64,000 nucleotides of DNA from Eukaryota sp. TZLM1-RC (Eukaryota; Protista; Metamonada: BaSk clade): assembly GCA_040285825.1 (NCBI GenBank), contig JAUPSS010000010.1:804881-868880 (forward strand), in the 5' to 3' direction. The translations under genes were made by a program, and so were the position numbers. Positions within the stretch are counted from its first letter, which is position 1, and the number at the start of each line of letters is the position of its first letter. This document shows, one piece after another, positions 22,714 through 34,788 of the stretch. A model generated the notes under the pieces. That model was not told the origin of the DNA. It saw nothing but the letters and a program-made list of their open reading frames with translations, and did not search any database.

Positions 22714-24054
22714 ATGACTGACTCTCTTTGCTCCAAACGTACCACCTCACAATCCGCTTCACCTCTCAAAAGGATCAGGAAACCACTCAGCAACCCTCGT
22801 TTTGTTTTTCGCCTTCTCTTGCAATCACATCAAAAACTAAAATGTATTCTTAGACCACGTTTTCTGCTAGCAGCACATTTTATCTTTGGTACTCCACAGC
22901 AAGCAACTGAAGTGTGGAATATAATGGTCCAAACTTTTCCCGAATTCATCGCCTCTGCTCCCACAGGGCGTTTCAGTGGGCCAGGAGACTACATCTCACG
23001 CCGTCATACGTGTAAGAAACACCAAGCACTCGCAGATTACAAACTGACGGAAGAGGAGTTGTCTGTTGTCGACTATTGTGAGGAACGAACTGGACATAGG
23101 TGGTGGAGAGGACGACCTGTACGTCGCTATTACCGTGCTTATGATATTGTGGCTGTTAGAGAGTTGTCCATGTGGAAGCATGGCTTATCAGAATATAAAC
23201 GATTCAGATTCAAAAAGGAAAACTTTCAAAACCGAAAGCGGGAGCTAAGACAGCAAAGGCAGCATGTTGTAAGAAACATATTGGTAGATCTTGGTTTGAC
23301 AGAAGAACATTGGATAAGGTATTTATGTGATGAAATGTGTGAGGATTTCCTGTCAAATGGAAAGAACAAAACCGAATTAAAAACAACTTTACAAAAATGT
23401 GTTACAATTTTGGATTGTGAAGAAGTGAAAAAACAAGATAGAAAGGTAATTGATCATGTTATAGCTGAGGTGACCAATTCATATCGTATTTCAGAAATTG
23501 ATGATGATGTAGTTGTAGGTTCTATACGTCGTTACCAGTGGATACATCAATTTGCAACCTCAAACTACCCAGATGTGCTTGCATTGGAGGCTCAATTCAT
23601 GGAGGGGGAAGTGGCCGTGGAAGATATAACTCAAATCATCAAAAACCACCAGGATGTTGAGCGACAGAGAGTAGAACAGAACAAAAGAGAAAAGCAACGA
23701 CGAAGAGATGAGTTGACAGAAGCATTAGCAGTGAAAGATTTACAACAAAGTGAGCAACATGACCTATTGCGTATGCATGCATGTCAAAACTACATTGAGC
23801 TAGGATCTGGGAGTGCAGCAACAATCGTGGAAGAACTTTATACCAAATATATGGAGGACAGCGAAGCTACACGACAGCAAAAGCGACGTGAACGATTCTT
23901 TCAACGGGAGACTGACTATCAAAAGCTGAGGGGCAAATTTGGTCACCTGAATGCCCAAGCATTAGCACTTTTGAAGAAGATATATGAATCTGGAGTGGAT
24001 GATTTGCCACCCAATATGTTGGTTGAATTTCTCAATTCTTGGATAAGAGAATAA
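22714..24054 (+). CDS. Hypothetical protein with XPA C-terminal-like domain and two helical RR..L..L..GL...C..(Y/F)I..G repeats
   Basis: Intact intronless 446-aa ORF; CKKHQALADYKLTEEEL...YRAYDIVAVRELSMWKHG resembles XPA_C (TKTEAKQEYLLKDCDL...LYLKLQIVKRSLEVWG). Confidence 0.55.
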   Translation: MTDSLCSKRTTSQSASPLKRIRKPLSNPRFVFRLLLQSHQKLKCILRPRFLLAAHFIFGTPQQATEVWNIMVQTFPEFIASAPTGRFSGPGDYISRRHTCKKHQALADYKLTEEELSVVDYCEERTGHRWWRGRPVRRYYRAYDIVAVRELSMWKHGLSEYKRFRFKKENFQNRKRELRQQRQHVVRNILVDLGLTEEHWIRYLCDEMCEDFLSNGKNKTELKTTLQKCVTILDCEEVKKQDRKVIDHVIAEVTNSYRISEIDDDVVVGSIRRYQWIHQFATSNYPDVLALEAQFMEGEVAVEDITQIIKNHQDVERQRVEQNKREKQRRRDELTEALAVKDLQQSEQHDLLRMHACQNYIELGSGSAATIVEELYTKYMEDSEATRQQKRRERFFQRETDYQKLRGKFGHLNAQALALLKKIYESGVDDLPPNMLVEFLNSWIRE

Positions 24055-24129
24055 TGTTATTATGATGCAGGACTATGTCAGATATGGAGAAGTTAATGAA
24101 ACAATTGATCCAAAATTGATCAAGAACAA

Positions 24130-24360
24130 TTTCCACTTTATTGAGTTAATGTTAGAATTGCTTTGTCATTCATAGATTATCTTGTTGAAATTGTAAAACA
24201 ACGTACAGGAAGAATTTTTGACAAGATGTTTTGGCCAAACAGAATTGTTTCTTCAATTTTTAAAAGTGTTGTCCCGTTAATGTCTTCTGCTTTGTTATCT
24301 CTTGGTCGCTTTTAGGAAGGAAAAACTTCCAGTCAATTTTTGTTGGCTGATTTGGGGTTT
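24130..24360 (+). mobile_element. CRE-like retroelement 3' (RLE) fragment
   Basis: VKQRTGRIFDKMFWPNRIVSSIFKS, homologous to KERTGKKLNFNFWHNRIVFSI in 29991-30854. Confidence 0.7.
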
Positions 24361-24526
24361 TTTGTTTGGTTTTGTATTGGAATATGTGAATTCGTAAAAA
24401 CAAGTTTTAATGAGCAACATTTTATTTTAACGTAACCTATTTAATGAATAAATCTGTAATTCAATAAATCATTGTTGTGAAGTTTCACCAAATAATTACA
24501 CAAATTAAATAAATGGATGATAGTAC

Positions 24527-24599
24527 TGCTTCTTGTGAGGATCGAACTCACGACCTCAACATTATGAGTGTTGCGCGCTACCTACTGCGCTAAAGAAGC
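24527..24599 (-). tRNA. tRNA-Met (CAT), elongator type
   Basis: Full cloverleaf GCTTCTT...CAACA CTCATAA TGTTG...GTGAG TTCGATC CTCAC AAGAAGC A; G1:C72 and TTC T-loop indicate elongator; identical to 28560-28632. Confidence 0.95.
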
Positions 24600-24999
24600 T
24601 GACACACTCGCGGATGAAACAAATTTGTCTTTTCTATTGACTGGATAATGACGTTCAATAGGAGATCGAATAATTGGAGAAAACGCTTTCTCAAAACGAT
24701 TCAGATCATTGTCCTAATGTGCATGTAGAAAGTAATTGTAATTTCACCACAAACAATATAAATGCATAATTGATGACTACACTGACACTGATGTTTCTAC
24801 TACTGTCGTTTACAATGCGTATTTATTTCTGTTGAACTAATGAGATTTTGTTTTTAATGAGCTTTATTTAATACAACTGGAATCTACTGCAAAACTACAA
24901 TTGTTGACTACACATTTCTAGTCCATAGTTTTTTGAAAACCAAATGCAATTGCAATAAATTCACTTGTTTAATAAGTGGGTAAATTGTTCTTTAGATTC

Positions 25000-25765
25000 G
25001 GAAAGGCAAATTAAACTATTCATGCTTGAAATTTTGTACAAATTTTGAGGAATAACTCTCATTTGGAGATCTTGTGCTCCTTCCACAGCATTGTGTTTTT
25101 GTCGATCCTTTAATTGATTAGGCACAGAATTCATTACTGATTGTTTTAATATAGATCCAGGAATCATCCATTTTCATCAAATCTAATAGGTGTTGGCCAT
25201 TTTGTGCCAAACATCTTGTTGAGGAGGTGCAAACAATTGTATTGATGCATTTCTTCGTACATTTCCTGAAGATTGTCAATTGTATTGTTGGACCCTCAAA
25301 CCAGTCCATATCTGAATAAGTTACTTCTGAGCTTTGAAGATTACCAACCCGACTCTGGAAAATTCGAAAGCTTGGATTTCCATGTGAGACCTGGCTTCGC
25401 TGAGGAAAACAATTCCCCATTTGCATATCTTTTACATGATGTTGGTGACAATTCCGCATCCATCATTTTTCAATTTGCAGGATTGCTGTAAAAAACTTCA
25501 AAATATATTATTAAATTTTTTTTTGAAAGCTTGGACTTTGATGTTGAATTTGATTTGGCCAACAAAAAGAATCCCACTTTTGCAAATCTTGTACAAATGA
25601 TGAAATACAGATTGGATATACAGAAACATATCAAATTTACCATTATAAGACTGTAATTTAGTTCCAACTTCAATCATATATTTCGATCTACAAATCCTCT
25701 TATCACTAGGCATTTGGCCCTGAAGTTTAATGAATAACGTGCTAACGTCTTGTCACAATTACTAA
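25000..25765 (+). mobile_element. Mosaic of three CRE-like post-RT fragments from different families
   Basis: FESLDFHVRPGFAEENNSPFAYLLHDV and FESLDFDVEFDLANKKNPTFANL both match DFTVRLSLVKEKNPIFANFL; 25600-25765 matches 50610-50770. Confidence 0.7.
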
Positions 25766-27169
25766 AATCAAATTTTCTGAAAAAATACAGTGAGTCATTG
25801 TCCAAATTATCTACTCAACATCATGCAAAATACAAGATGTATTAATTTGTATCTATTGTATTTGGTTCTCTTGCTTTCACGGCGTTGCGTTTTTTGACTG
25901 ATATTGAAATCATCGCAAATAAAGGACCAATAGAAAATTTTAATTTAATTAGTTTTTTAAGGTGTTTTTTCAAAAACCACACTTCTTAGTGCAATAAATT
26001 TTGCTCAAAATTTGAGTTAACTCATCTTTCTGAATTTGAACTCTCATTCAACACCGTACTATTATATCGTTTTCAAATGTTATGGTAGATCATTTCTACA
26101 TTGAAGGCATTTAGAGCGTCCATACCTGTTCCGTCAGCTTGTTACTATTTACACGTCACTGAAATAGACTTTACCAATTCTGCACACTTTGTTCACTCTT
26201 CTCTCTTTGAAAATTTCAACAATGATAACTTCAGTTTAGACATGGAAGTTAGTGGAGCTAAAATCATTTTTCTAAATAAGAGACACATTCAATCGGAACA
26301 CTGTACAAATAACGGTATATTCTAATTCCTTTTCTTCAAATATCTCACTTTTGAATTATTTAATCAATTTATTTAATTTTTAAATGAAATATTTTATTCT
26401 ACGAAGAAACAAAGCAAAACACATTAAAAACAAAATTCTTCACGCCAACTCTTGATGAATCTTTATACAGCTTGGACATCATAAAATTTAAGTATTTTGG
26501 GAACACTTTATTTAATTTAATTCTTTATTTAGTTTGATTTATTTATTATTTAATTAAGGAAAATAAACGCGTTATGACTTGTTGATATTCACTGCCATTA
26601 ATATTCGGAACTTTCTTTTTTAAAAATTTTAAACACAGGCTCTTTGGTAATTGACACAGCGTTTTTGGCTAGTTGCTCCAATATGCTACTGTTGAATTCA
26701 ATACTAGTCTATTTTGCATTTTAGGATGTTGTTTTGTATCGGATACTAATGTTGAAATGTTGATATGGAAATTTCAATTTGATTTCTCTGCATCAACCAA
26801 TGACAAAGCAAACCAGTATTTTGACAAACATTATTGTCTGATTGTTGTAAACACTGACCTAGTCCAAGACTGTCTCAATTCTGCCTTCTTGACTAAGCTC
26901 CTGATTCACTTGCTCATTGCTGGTATATTAATAAGATATTATTGCTGATATTTATTGTATTTTCTCTTTTTAAGGGAATGTATAGTCTTGTTTCTAGCTC
27001 GTTGTTGTCACTAGGAAAATATTATGAAGAGAAAGCTGTATGTAAGTTTTCTTTAGTAGATGTGCAGTATGCGGAGATTGATTTTTAGTTTTTTATAATT
27101 TTGTTCAAATAAATAATGTATCAAAAAAATTGCTGATAAAAGTTGTTGTAGATTACAGTTGGTTTCCAA

Positions 27170-28336
27170 TAAACTAATCATTCAATGGCAATATTCCAGA
27201 AAAGAATCTTTTAAATTTAAAATACACTCTTCGAACATTACAGAAAAGGTTGACTGGAATGTATGAAAATGATCTTTATAATAATATATGCAGCTCGGCT
27301 GTTTTAAATCAAGATCTTCAATCATTGTGATTGGAAAAGGGTGTTTGTGAAAATAAGTCATCAGATTCTTCACTTTTTGTAACCATTGTACCACGAAAAT
27401 TTGGATTGTGTGCCACTAATGAAGCATTTGTAACAAAAATGAGATCATATTTGAATATCCCCATTAATCAACTATTATCAAAAGAAAAATGTATTTGTTC
27501 GAATTCACCTCAACTCACTTTGCGCCATGCTCTGAATTGTTCTAAATTAAAAACTCATCGTTCTTCATTACATGATGCTGTTAGAGACACTGTTTTCAAT
27601 ATGGCACAAACTGCAAGAATATCGTGTATCAAAAAGCCTCTGCTGAAGAAACACTTTCTCTGAATAATTTTGGTTCTGATGATAGAGGTGATGTATACTG
27701 TGATTGAATTGATAATTCTGAAGCTATTGTTGACTTTGTCTCATGTAATGTTGCAAATGATACTTTGGTTCACAGAAGATGATGCCGTTAGGCAGATGAA
27801 CACACGAAGGGGAGAGAGAGAAATCTGCGTTTATTAATAAAACTGATTCATAAATGAGTATCACGTCATCAGTCGAAATACAAAGAAACCTACTAATTCA
27901 ATTTGAGTTCAACAACAACAACAAAACAACAACAAAGAAAACTTAATCCTGTGGCTGCTCTGGATTTTAAAACAAAAGAGAAACATAGAAAATATGATAA
28001 AGAAATTGAAGAGGCTAATGTCGATAGAAATACACAGCTGGTTTTTATTGCTTTCCCATTTTCGATAAATGGAAAATTATCAGTTGAAGCAGAAACTTTT
28101 TTGGATGACTTCCAAAAAATGGTGCAAGAAAAAACAATGAAAAGATTTGATATTTTTTTATGGCGTTCACGGATTCAATTTGCCATTATTAATAGATTAC
28201 CACGGTTTTTCAATCGAATAAGAGAAGCTTTAGCTAGACAGCAAGCAGATCAAGATTTTGTAGAGGAAATCTTGGTTCAATGATAGTCGTCCCATTAGTA
28301 TTCAGTTAATTTAATTCAGTGTGCATGTTCAATAAA
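27170..28336 (+). mobile_element. CRE-like family A, 3' half (CCHC knuckle + RLE), interrupted by a 155-bp insert
   Basis: CICS...HALNC...HDAVRD, RGDV, KEKHRKY; colinear with 51000-51955. Confidence 0.85.
27780..27934 (-). mobile_element. Solo-LTR-like insertion, 155 bp, TG...CA ends, 4-bp TSD AAGA
   Basis: AAGA at 27776-27779 and 27935-27938; empty site present in sibling copies (~41593, ~51557); AATAAA and CT-rich tract on the - strand. Confidence 0.7.
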
Positions 28337-28559
28337 CATAAAGTATATAAGACACTGAATAAAGCGACAGCTGAATACAATCACCAAAAGCAACTGCTGT
28401 CACATACTCATTCGACATTATCCATTTTCTAACATTATTGCCACATTACTTTATGATTATTCAGGGAATGTTGTGGACATCATCCACAAATGGTTGCAGA
28501 AATAGCAATGGAAGGAAACAAAGTCTGTCTGTGTTCTTCCCCAATGAACAACAATGTGG

Positions 28560-28632
28560 GCTTCTTTAGCGCAGTAGGTAGCGCGCAACACTCATAATGT
28601 TGAGGTCGTGAGTTCGATCCTCACAAGAAGCA
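28560..28632 (+). tRNA. tRNA-Met (CAT), elongator type
   Basis: Full cloverleaf, anticodon loop CTCATAA, followed by a TTTT Pol III terminator. Confidence 0.97.
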
Positions 28633-28826
28633 TTTTGTTGTCCCCCCAAATCCTAAAGCAGAAACTGAATTGAAGTATCTTCTTATTACTGTTTAAGCTT
28701 TTCGTTAAGGAAAACATCAATAGTTGAACATTATAGAAACTAGTGATTGAAACATACAGCTCCAATTGTATGACATTGATGACATGTTCGTTTAATTTTT
28801 GAATTTGTACCATATTTTCAGCTATA

Positions 28827-30911
28827 TATATTATACATATTTTTTTAGTCCTTTCCAATTTGGAATTAAAACAGTTGATGGTGCATCTTCTGCAGCACTC
28901 TCTTCTGATGTCTTTTTCAATTCAAATACTTCGAATTATATTTTTAATTTAGATTTTAAAAACGCTTTCAATGCAGTGAAGAGGTCGTCCATGTTGCCCT
29001 TGCTTCAAACTCATTTTCCAGAAGCTGAGTCGTTCTTTTACAATTTTTATGGCTCACAGTCGACTCTTGTTCATGAAGAATTCAATCTAATATCATCATC
29101 TGGTGTCAAACAAGGTGATCCATTAGGTCCTTTCTTTTTCTGCCTTGCTATCCATCCTTTAATGTGTGAATTAAAACAAGAATTTCCAGATGTTCATATA
29201 ACTGCTTATATGGATGACATATCAATAATTTGTCCAATTGATTCATTGAGAACAATTGCTGAAATTGTTCAACAGCGCTATTATCAAATTGGTCTTTCTT
29301 TAAATATTTCCAAATGTTTATCGATTGGTAGAGAGCCTGCTGATCTCATTATTGATGATCAAAGTGTTCCTTTTATCAATTATTTTGAATCAGGATTTCG
29401 TTTTTTAGGTTGTTATTTAGGCAATTTTGATGAAATTCGAAATCAACTTTCCTCTCTTTTGGATAATTTTGAAGAAGAACTGATGGTTCTTTCAGATTTA
29501 AATATTGAAAAACATCTTAAATTTTTCTTCCTCAGAATTTGTTATTCAGGGAAATTTACTCATATTTTACGATCCATATCATTATCTATTTCTCTCGAAT
29601 TTTGCAGAATTTTTAATGAATTGAGAACAAAATTTTTGGCTAATTTGCTCGATATTGATTCTTCTTTTTTACGAGTCATATTTTTTGTAGCACAGAATTG
29701 GGAGGCCTGGATTTTCACAAATCAAAATATTTGTGTAAAGCCGCATTCATCAGTGGAGGAAAAAATTTTGTCTTTGAATTTTTGAAACGTTTTCCTGAAA
29801 ACCAGCATTTAATCGAATGTTGTGTTAGTGACTATTTAGTGTCCTTGCACAGTGAAATTGAATGCATCTCTCCTCACGTATGGTTCAAATGCTTTCCTGC
29901 TGATATTCAAGAAATTCCACCCAGGAGTTTGATTTCCTTGAAATTTGCATATGCTAAATTGCAGAAAAAGATATTAAAAGTTTTTGGAACTTGGATTTCA
30001 CTGTTCGTCTTAGCTTAGTTAAAGAAAAGAATCCCATTTTTGCAAACTTTTTAATTGATCTCAAGGATAGTAGCTCAAGTTGTCTTATTTCCCAGATTCC
30101 AAATGTATATGGTCTATTATTAAATGATCATCAATGGACAACTGCCTTTAGGATGAGGTGTTTTCTGTGGCCATGTAGTGTGCCAAATGATTTGATTTGT
30201 CGTTGTGGTCAGCTCATTAATCTGAATCATTTATTTAATTGCAAATTTAATATTACATATCGCTCAGTTGTTCACGATGCTGTTAGAGACCAACTATACG
30301 CTATGTGCAAAAGTTATCACATTGAAGCTTTTGTTGAACCACTTGTGCGTAGGTTGTCATCTGAAAATGAAGATGAAAATACTTTTGGGAAACGCCGTGC
30401 TGATTTAATTACCCCTGGGTCTGATGGTGTTATTAAAGTTGTTGATGTTGTCACTGTTGATGTTTGTAAAGACTCAGCAATTGATTTTGCTAAAAGAGAT
30501 GTAACTCCACTTTGCTTTGGGGAAAAGAGCAAAATCAAAAAATACAATGAACCCTTATCTCAGCTAGGACGTGTTGAGCATGTCAAGTATCAGTTGGTTC
30601 CATTTGCTGTTTCTCTTTTTGGTAACATTGGAATATCTGGCATTAAATTTCTTGAAGGTTTCAGAAGTTTAATAAAAGAAAGAACAGGAAAAAAATTGAA
30701 CTTCAATTTCTGGCACAATAGAATTGTTTTTAGCATTCTTGAAGCAACTCCAGAAATGTTGACCAAAGCACTGTTACAATTGGGAATAGAGTATGAAAAT
30801 CGCGCGCTTAAAATATTTGATGATGATGCATGTATTGAGGATATTGAGTTCTAGTTTTTTGTTTAATGTTTTGTTAGCGTTGAAAATAAATTTCCAGTTT
30901 TGGAAAAAAAA
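28827..30911 (+). mobile_element. CRE-clade non-LTR retrotransposon, 5'-truncated inside RT, near intact (2 frameshifts), A8 tail, 11-bp TSD TTTCAGCTATA
   Basis: FQFG, LDFKNAFN, GVKQGDPLGP, AYMDD, CRCG...HLFNC, HDAVRD, RADL...DV...EKSKIKKY; TSD at 28816-28826 and 30912-30922; AATAAA then A8 at 30904-30911. Confidence 0.93.
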
Positions 30912-31224
30912 TTTCAGCTATAACATTGTTATATCGAATATGATAATAAAGATAAAAGGTGCTGTTGCAAAACATGCACATATTGAGACTACCTAAATCC
31001 GGAACAAACTACACCATAATTGGAAGTTTAGACCATTACAGTCAAAAACAATCAAACTATGAGTGTCAGAACTCGTCACCAGAAATGACCACATTAAACA
31101 TTTGTGTTTCATCATTTTCTGAATCTAGTTCTGGATTTGATCATTGTCTTTAACAACGTTGTTCTGTTCAAAAATGGTGTTTAAAGTTCAATTAATTTGT
31201 GTAACAATAACCATATTTACGTCT

Positions 31225-32690
31225 TGGCATGGCCAAACAAAAAAATACTGCTTTTGCAAATTTTTACTGGATGTTTGTGATAGTTCTGCGTCAAGTTTAG
31301 TTAATCAAGTACAAAGAATTTATGGTTTGTTTCTAGATAACCCTAGTCATTTATTATCTATGCGTCTTCGATCTTTTGTTTGGCCTGATAATCTTCCCCA
31401 TGGTTTTTGTAAAGGTGGAAAGACTGTTACTCCGACTCATTTATTTAATTGTAATCGTTTTATTACTTTTAGATCAAAAGTGCATGATGCAGACCGTGAT
31501 CAGCTTTATTGTATGTGTAAGTCCTTCAAAATTTTTTTTCAAATGGAATATTTTTTTAACTGGAATATTTATTGAGATAAAAAACCCATCTGGAATTCAA
31601 TATCCTCCAAACAAGCGTCACTATTACTAAACCTACTCACAGCATTACGTTCATATTCTACACCAATAGCTAAAGGTGCCTTTGAAATCATTGTTGGAAT
31701 AGATTTGAAAATGCAAAAAACAATTCTATTTAACCAGAAAGTGGAGTTCATGGTTTTACCAGACCTATTTGGTAACACTTTTTGGAAATTTTCAAAAACG
31801 TGCAACCCTGAAGGTCCAATATTGCCAAAAAGAGAAATTGCCAACGGCACAAACTGATATTTCACATGTTCCACTCTACCTAACTGTGCCCAAAGGTTCT
31901 TCATATTTTTTATCTTCTTTTTTTCAGCGTTAGATAACGGCGAATCAGCAGAATACACTAAACGAGCAGCAGAATTTTTGCAAACATCAACTGAGACAAC
32001 ATCTACAACATTGAGAACACCATCGATCCCTGGAGCTCCTAAATCTGCCCTTCTTTTACCAAAGGAATCATCAGTTTGATCTGAAGACAGCTTACGTATT
32101 AATGGCTCAATAAATGCCTCTATATTGAAACTTTTGCACATGGCATATAATTGATCACGAACTGAGTCATGAACAATTGAGCGATAAGTTATAAAATTCT
32201 TACAGTTTAAAAAATTCCTTCAAAATGGAATCCTTTTTAGAACAATTCATTTCAAATTTAGCAGATGAAGCTTACAGAATTCTTTTTGGTAATAGCTGCG
32301 GTGATGTGTAAGTTTCAGGTCTTGATGGATCAATGTACATTATTGACGTCAGATCTACTGATGTATCAAACAGCTCAAATGAAAAAGTGGCACCTAATTT
32401 ATAATTCACCTTTACATAAAGTTGAAGAAGCCAAAATTATCATGTATGCTGAAAATATCAATAATTTGAATTCCAACTCACATACTCAATACCTTCCTTG
32501 TCCTTTTGTTTTTTCTTTATTTGGAACGTTGTGTAAAATTGCATTATCTTATATGCACGATTTTTTGTCTATTGTCAAAAACAGAACCGGAAAAACATTT
32601 GATCAAACCTTTTGGCAAAATAGAATTGTTTTTTCTTTTTTTAACGGAATGCATAGCCTTGTTTCTAGCTCGTTGTTATCATAAAGCTTC
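31225..32690 (+). mobile_element. Older CRE-like 3' half, split by a nested insertion
   Basis: ...HLFNCNRFITFRSKVHDADRDQLYCMCKSFK| resumes at ~32216 SFKMESFLE... to FWQNRIVFSFF. Confidence 0.8.
31533..32215 (-). mobile_element. Nested 5'-truncated CRE-like copy (CCHC end + RLE) with poly(A) and ~11-bp TSD TCCTTCAAAAT
   Basis: ORF MCKSFNIEAFIEPL...RRADL...LEDIEF close to 29991-30854; TSD at 31522-31532 and 32216-32226; T-run 31532-31539. Confidence 0.88.
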
Positions 32691-32789
32691 TCTAATTTGA
32701 TTGAAAAACCGAATTAATCTATTAATAATGGCAAATTGAATTTTTAAAGCGCCATATAAAAATATCAAATCTTTTCATTGTTTTTCCTC

Positions 32790-32907
32790 GAACCATTTTT
32801 TGGAAATCATTCAAAAAAGTTCCTGCTTCTACTGATAGTGTTCTGTTCATTGAAAATGGGAAACCAATAAAACAAGTGGTCTGTTTCTATCAGCATTAGC
32901 TTCTTCG
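32790..32907 (-). mobile_element. Short CRE-like family A fragment
   Basis: Reverse complement of the gaagaagctaatgctgatagaaa...atttccaaaaaatggttc segment in other family A copies. Confidence 0.75.
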
Positions 32908-33337
32908 TTATCTTTGTCGTGGTAGCTGTGGAATTTGGGCAAATATATCTTTAGTATTTAACAATTTCGTTTGAATAAAAAAACTATAACGACATTTTAG
33001 TATATTTTCATTATTTTAAGCTTTGTCTCGTTAGCTCAGTTCTGAATGATTTTACTAAGCTTAATAACAGCCAACTAGTGAGCAGAATTGAATGATGGTA
33101 ATCTCACACCATCTAGATCCAGATTAATAAGGTTGAAGGTATTTTTTTGTAGATTTCATTTGAATTTTACCATACGATTGTTCACAACATCAAATCTTTT
33201 TTTAAACAAGAATATCAAGAAAAATGCCCGAATATATGGTAAAATTAATAATTTATTCAAAAAACAAATAAAATAAAATACATTCAAGATGTTGAAAAAC
33301 ATCCAAAAAAGGTTAATCAACCACCAAAAGCCACCTT

Positions 33338-34018
33338 TTAAGACCGACTGAGGTACTTATGTAAGGATTGGGGTGAACCATCAGATTTCTTGGGGGTAAC
33401 AGGAGGAGCTTCTTCTTCAAACAGACATGAGTAATCAGAAACTTGCCTAAACAAATGAACAAAGTCTACCAAATCAAGTTCAGAAGAATAATCAGACATT
33501 AGAAAATCGGTACTGATTTGGAATTTCTCAAAAGCAACCATTGAGAGAGCCAAAGCAAACGCTAGAGAGTCATGATGTATATGATCGACAAGAGCTACAT
33601 GACAACCAAGTTTAACAGCGTTTTGGATTAATGAAGTTGATTGAAATTGAGTTAAAACACCTTGGGAAAAGCAATCATTCGCAATGGTGATGATCTTCTC
33701 AGTGATAGAGTGATCAATTCTGTGGACAGACGCTATAAAGAGACTCTTTTCAACAATTTCATCAAATGAATCACCTTTTAGTAACAATGATTGAAATCGA
33801 CCAGCAAAATCAGCAAGATCGAGTTGAGCCACACAACTTTGTTTCAAGGACAATATAAGTGAATATGAGCAAGCTTCAAACCCTGTGAGAGCTGGCTCCA
33901 AGACCTGCAATAGATCGAGATAGTAAACTGCATCTAAAAAAACGCTGGAAGACACCTGAGTAGTTGCTATAGCCTTAGAAATCCAATCTACACATTGAGG
34001 ACGCATTGAGGAAACCAT
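33338..34018 (-). CDS. Divergent cyclin-like protein
   Basis: MRPQCVDWISK...VFLDAVYYLDLL is a cyclin-box start (MRxILVDW...LAVNYLDRF); C-terminal VTPKK/SP sites; first ATG at 34018. Confidence 0.65.
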   Translation of the reverse strand: MVSSMRPQCVDWISKAIATTQVSSSVFLDAVYYLDLLQVLEPALTGFEACSYSLILSLKQSCVAQLDLADFAGRFQSLLLKGDSFDEIVEKSLFIASVHRIDHSITEKIITIANDCFSQGVLTQFQSTSLIQNAVKLGCHVALVDHIHHDSLAFALALSMVAFEKFQISTDFLMSDYSSELDLVDFVHLFRQVSDYSCLFEEEAPPVTPKKSDGSPQSLHKYLSRS

Positions 34019-34788
34019 TGAATACTGTCCCAATTGGAGGTCGATTTGTTTTGGTTAACGTGATCGAAATTGTCTTGTCAAGAAAAAATGTCGTGTTGAT
34101 TCTCCTGTGTCTGGATATTCCAAGTATGCTCATGTCACATGATTCTCAACTGATCTGATCAGTAAACGGACAATAAAAGTGTCAAAATCAATACCGACTT
34201 TTGTCGCAAGAATTGTGAACTAATTTGGAGTTATTGAACTTTTGTTGTGCAGGAAGATAATCCTTTGCTGGTATTCTGTAAATTCTCTTGGTTGCACCAC
34301 TAACATTCTTCAAGAGATTATATAATTCTACCAAGTCGTCTTTTGGCAGATCAACTCCGAAAGCCCAATTACTGTTGTTATTTTTTTGATATTTTTCAAA
34401 CAGTAACCAAACTAGTGGAAATTAATCCAGATGAATCTGAAGCAGTATTGCTGTAAATTTGAAACCAAAAGTAAGGTGCTGGGTTAAAGAAACTTTTGCT
34501 ATTTGAAAGAGAATTGGAGGCATTTATTACTTTCACATGGGCACATGAATACTTGCTGAAGTTTATTGATAGTTTTAATTATACTTTGATAAATGACTCT
34601 ATAAACTTTGAAAAAATTTGGGAATTTTTCCTTTGACCAAAAGTTTTAAATACCATACATTGTTTAAGCAAATTTTAACTAATTATATATATTAAATCTT
34701 ATAATTCATACGTTACAATTACCAAACAACCTGATAATATAATCATTCAGCTTGTCAACAACAACTTAAATACAAATAAAATTAATAT

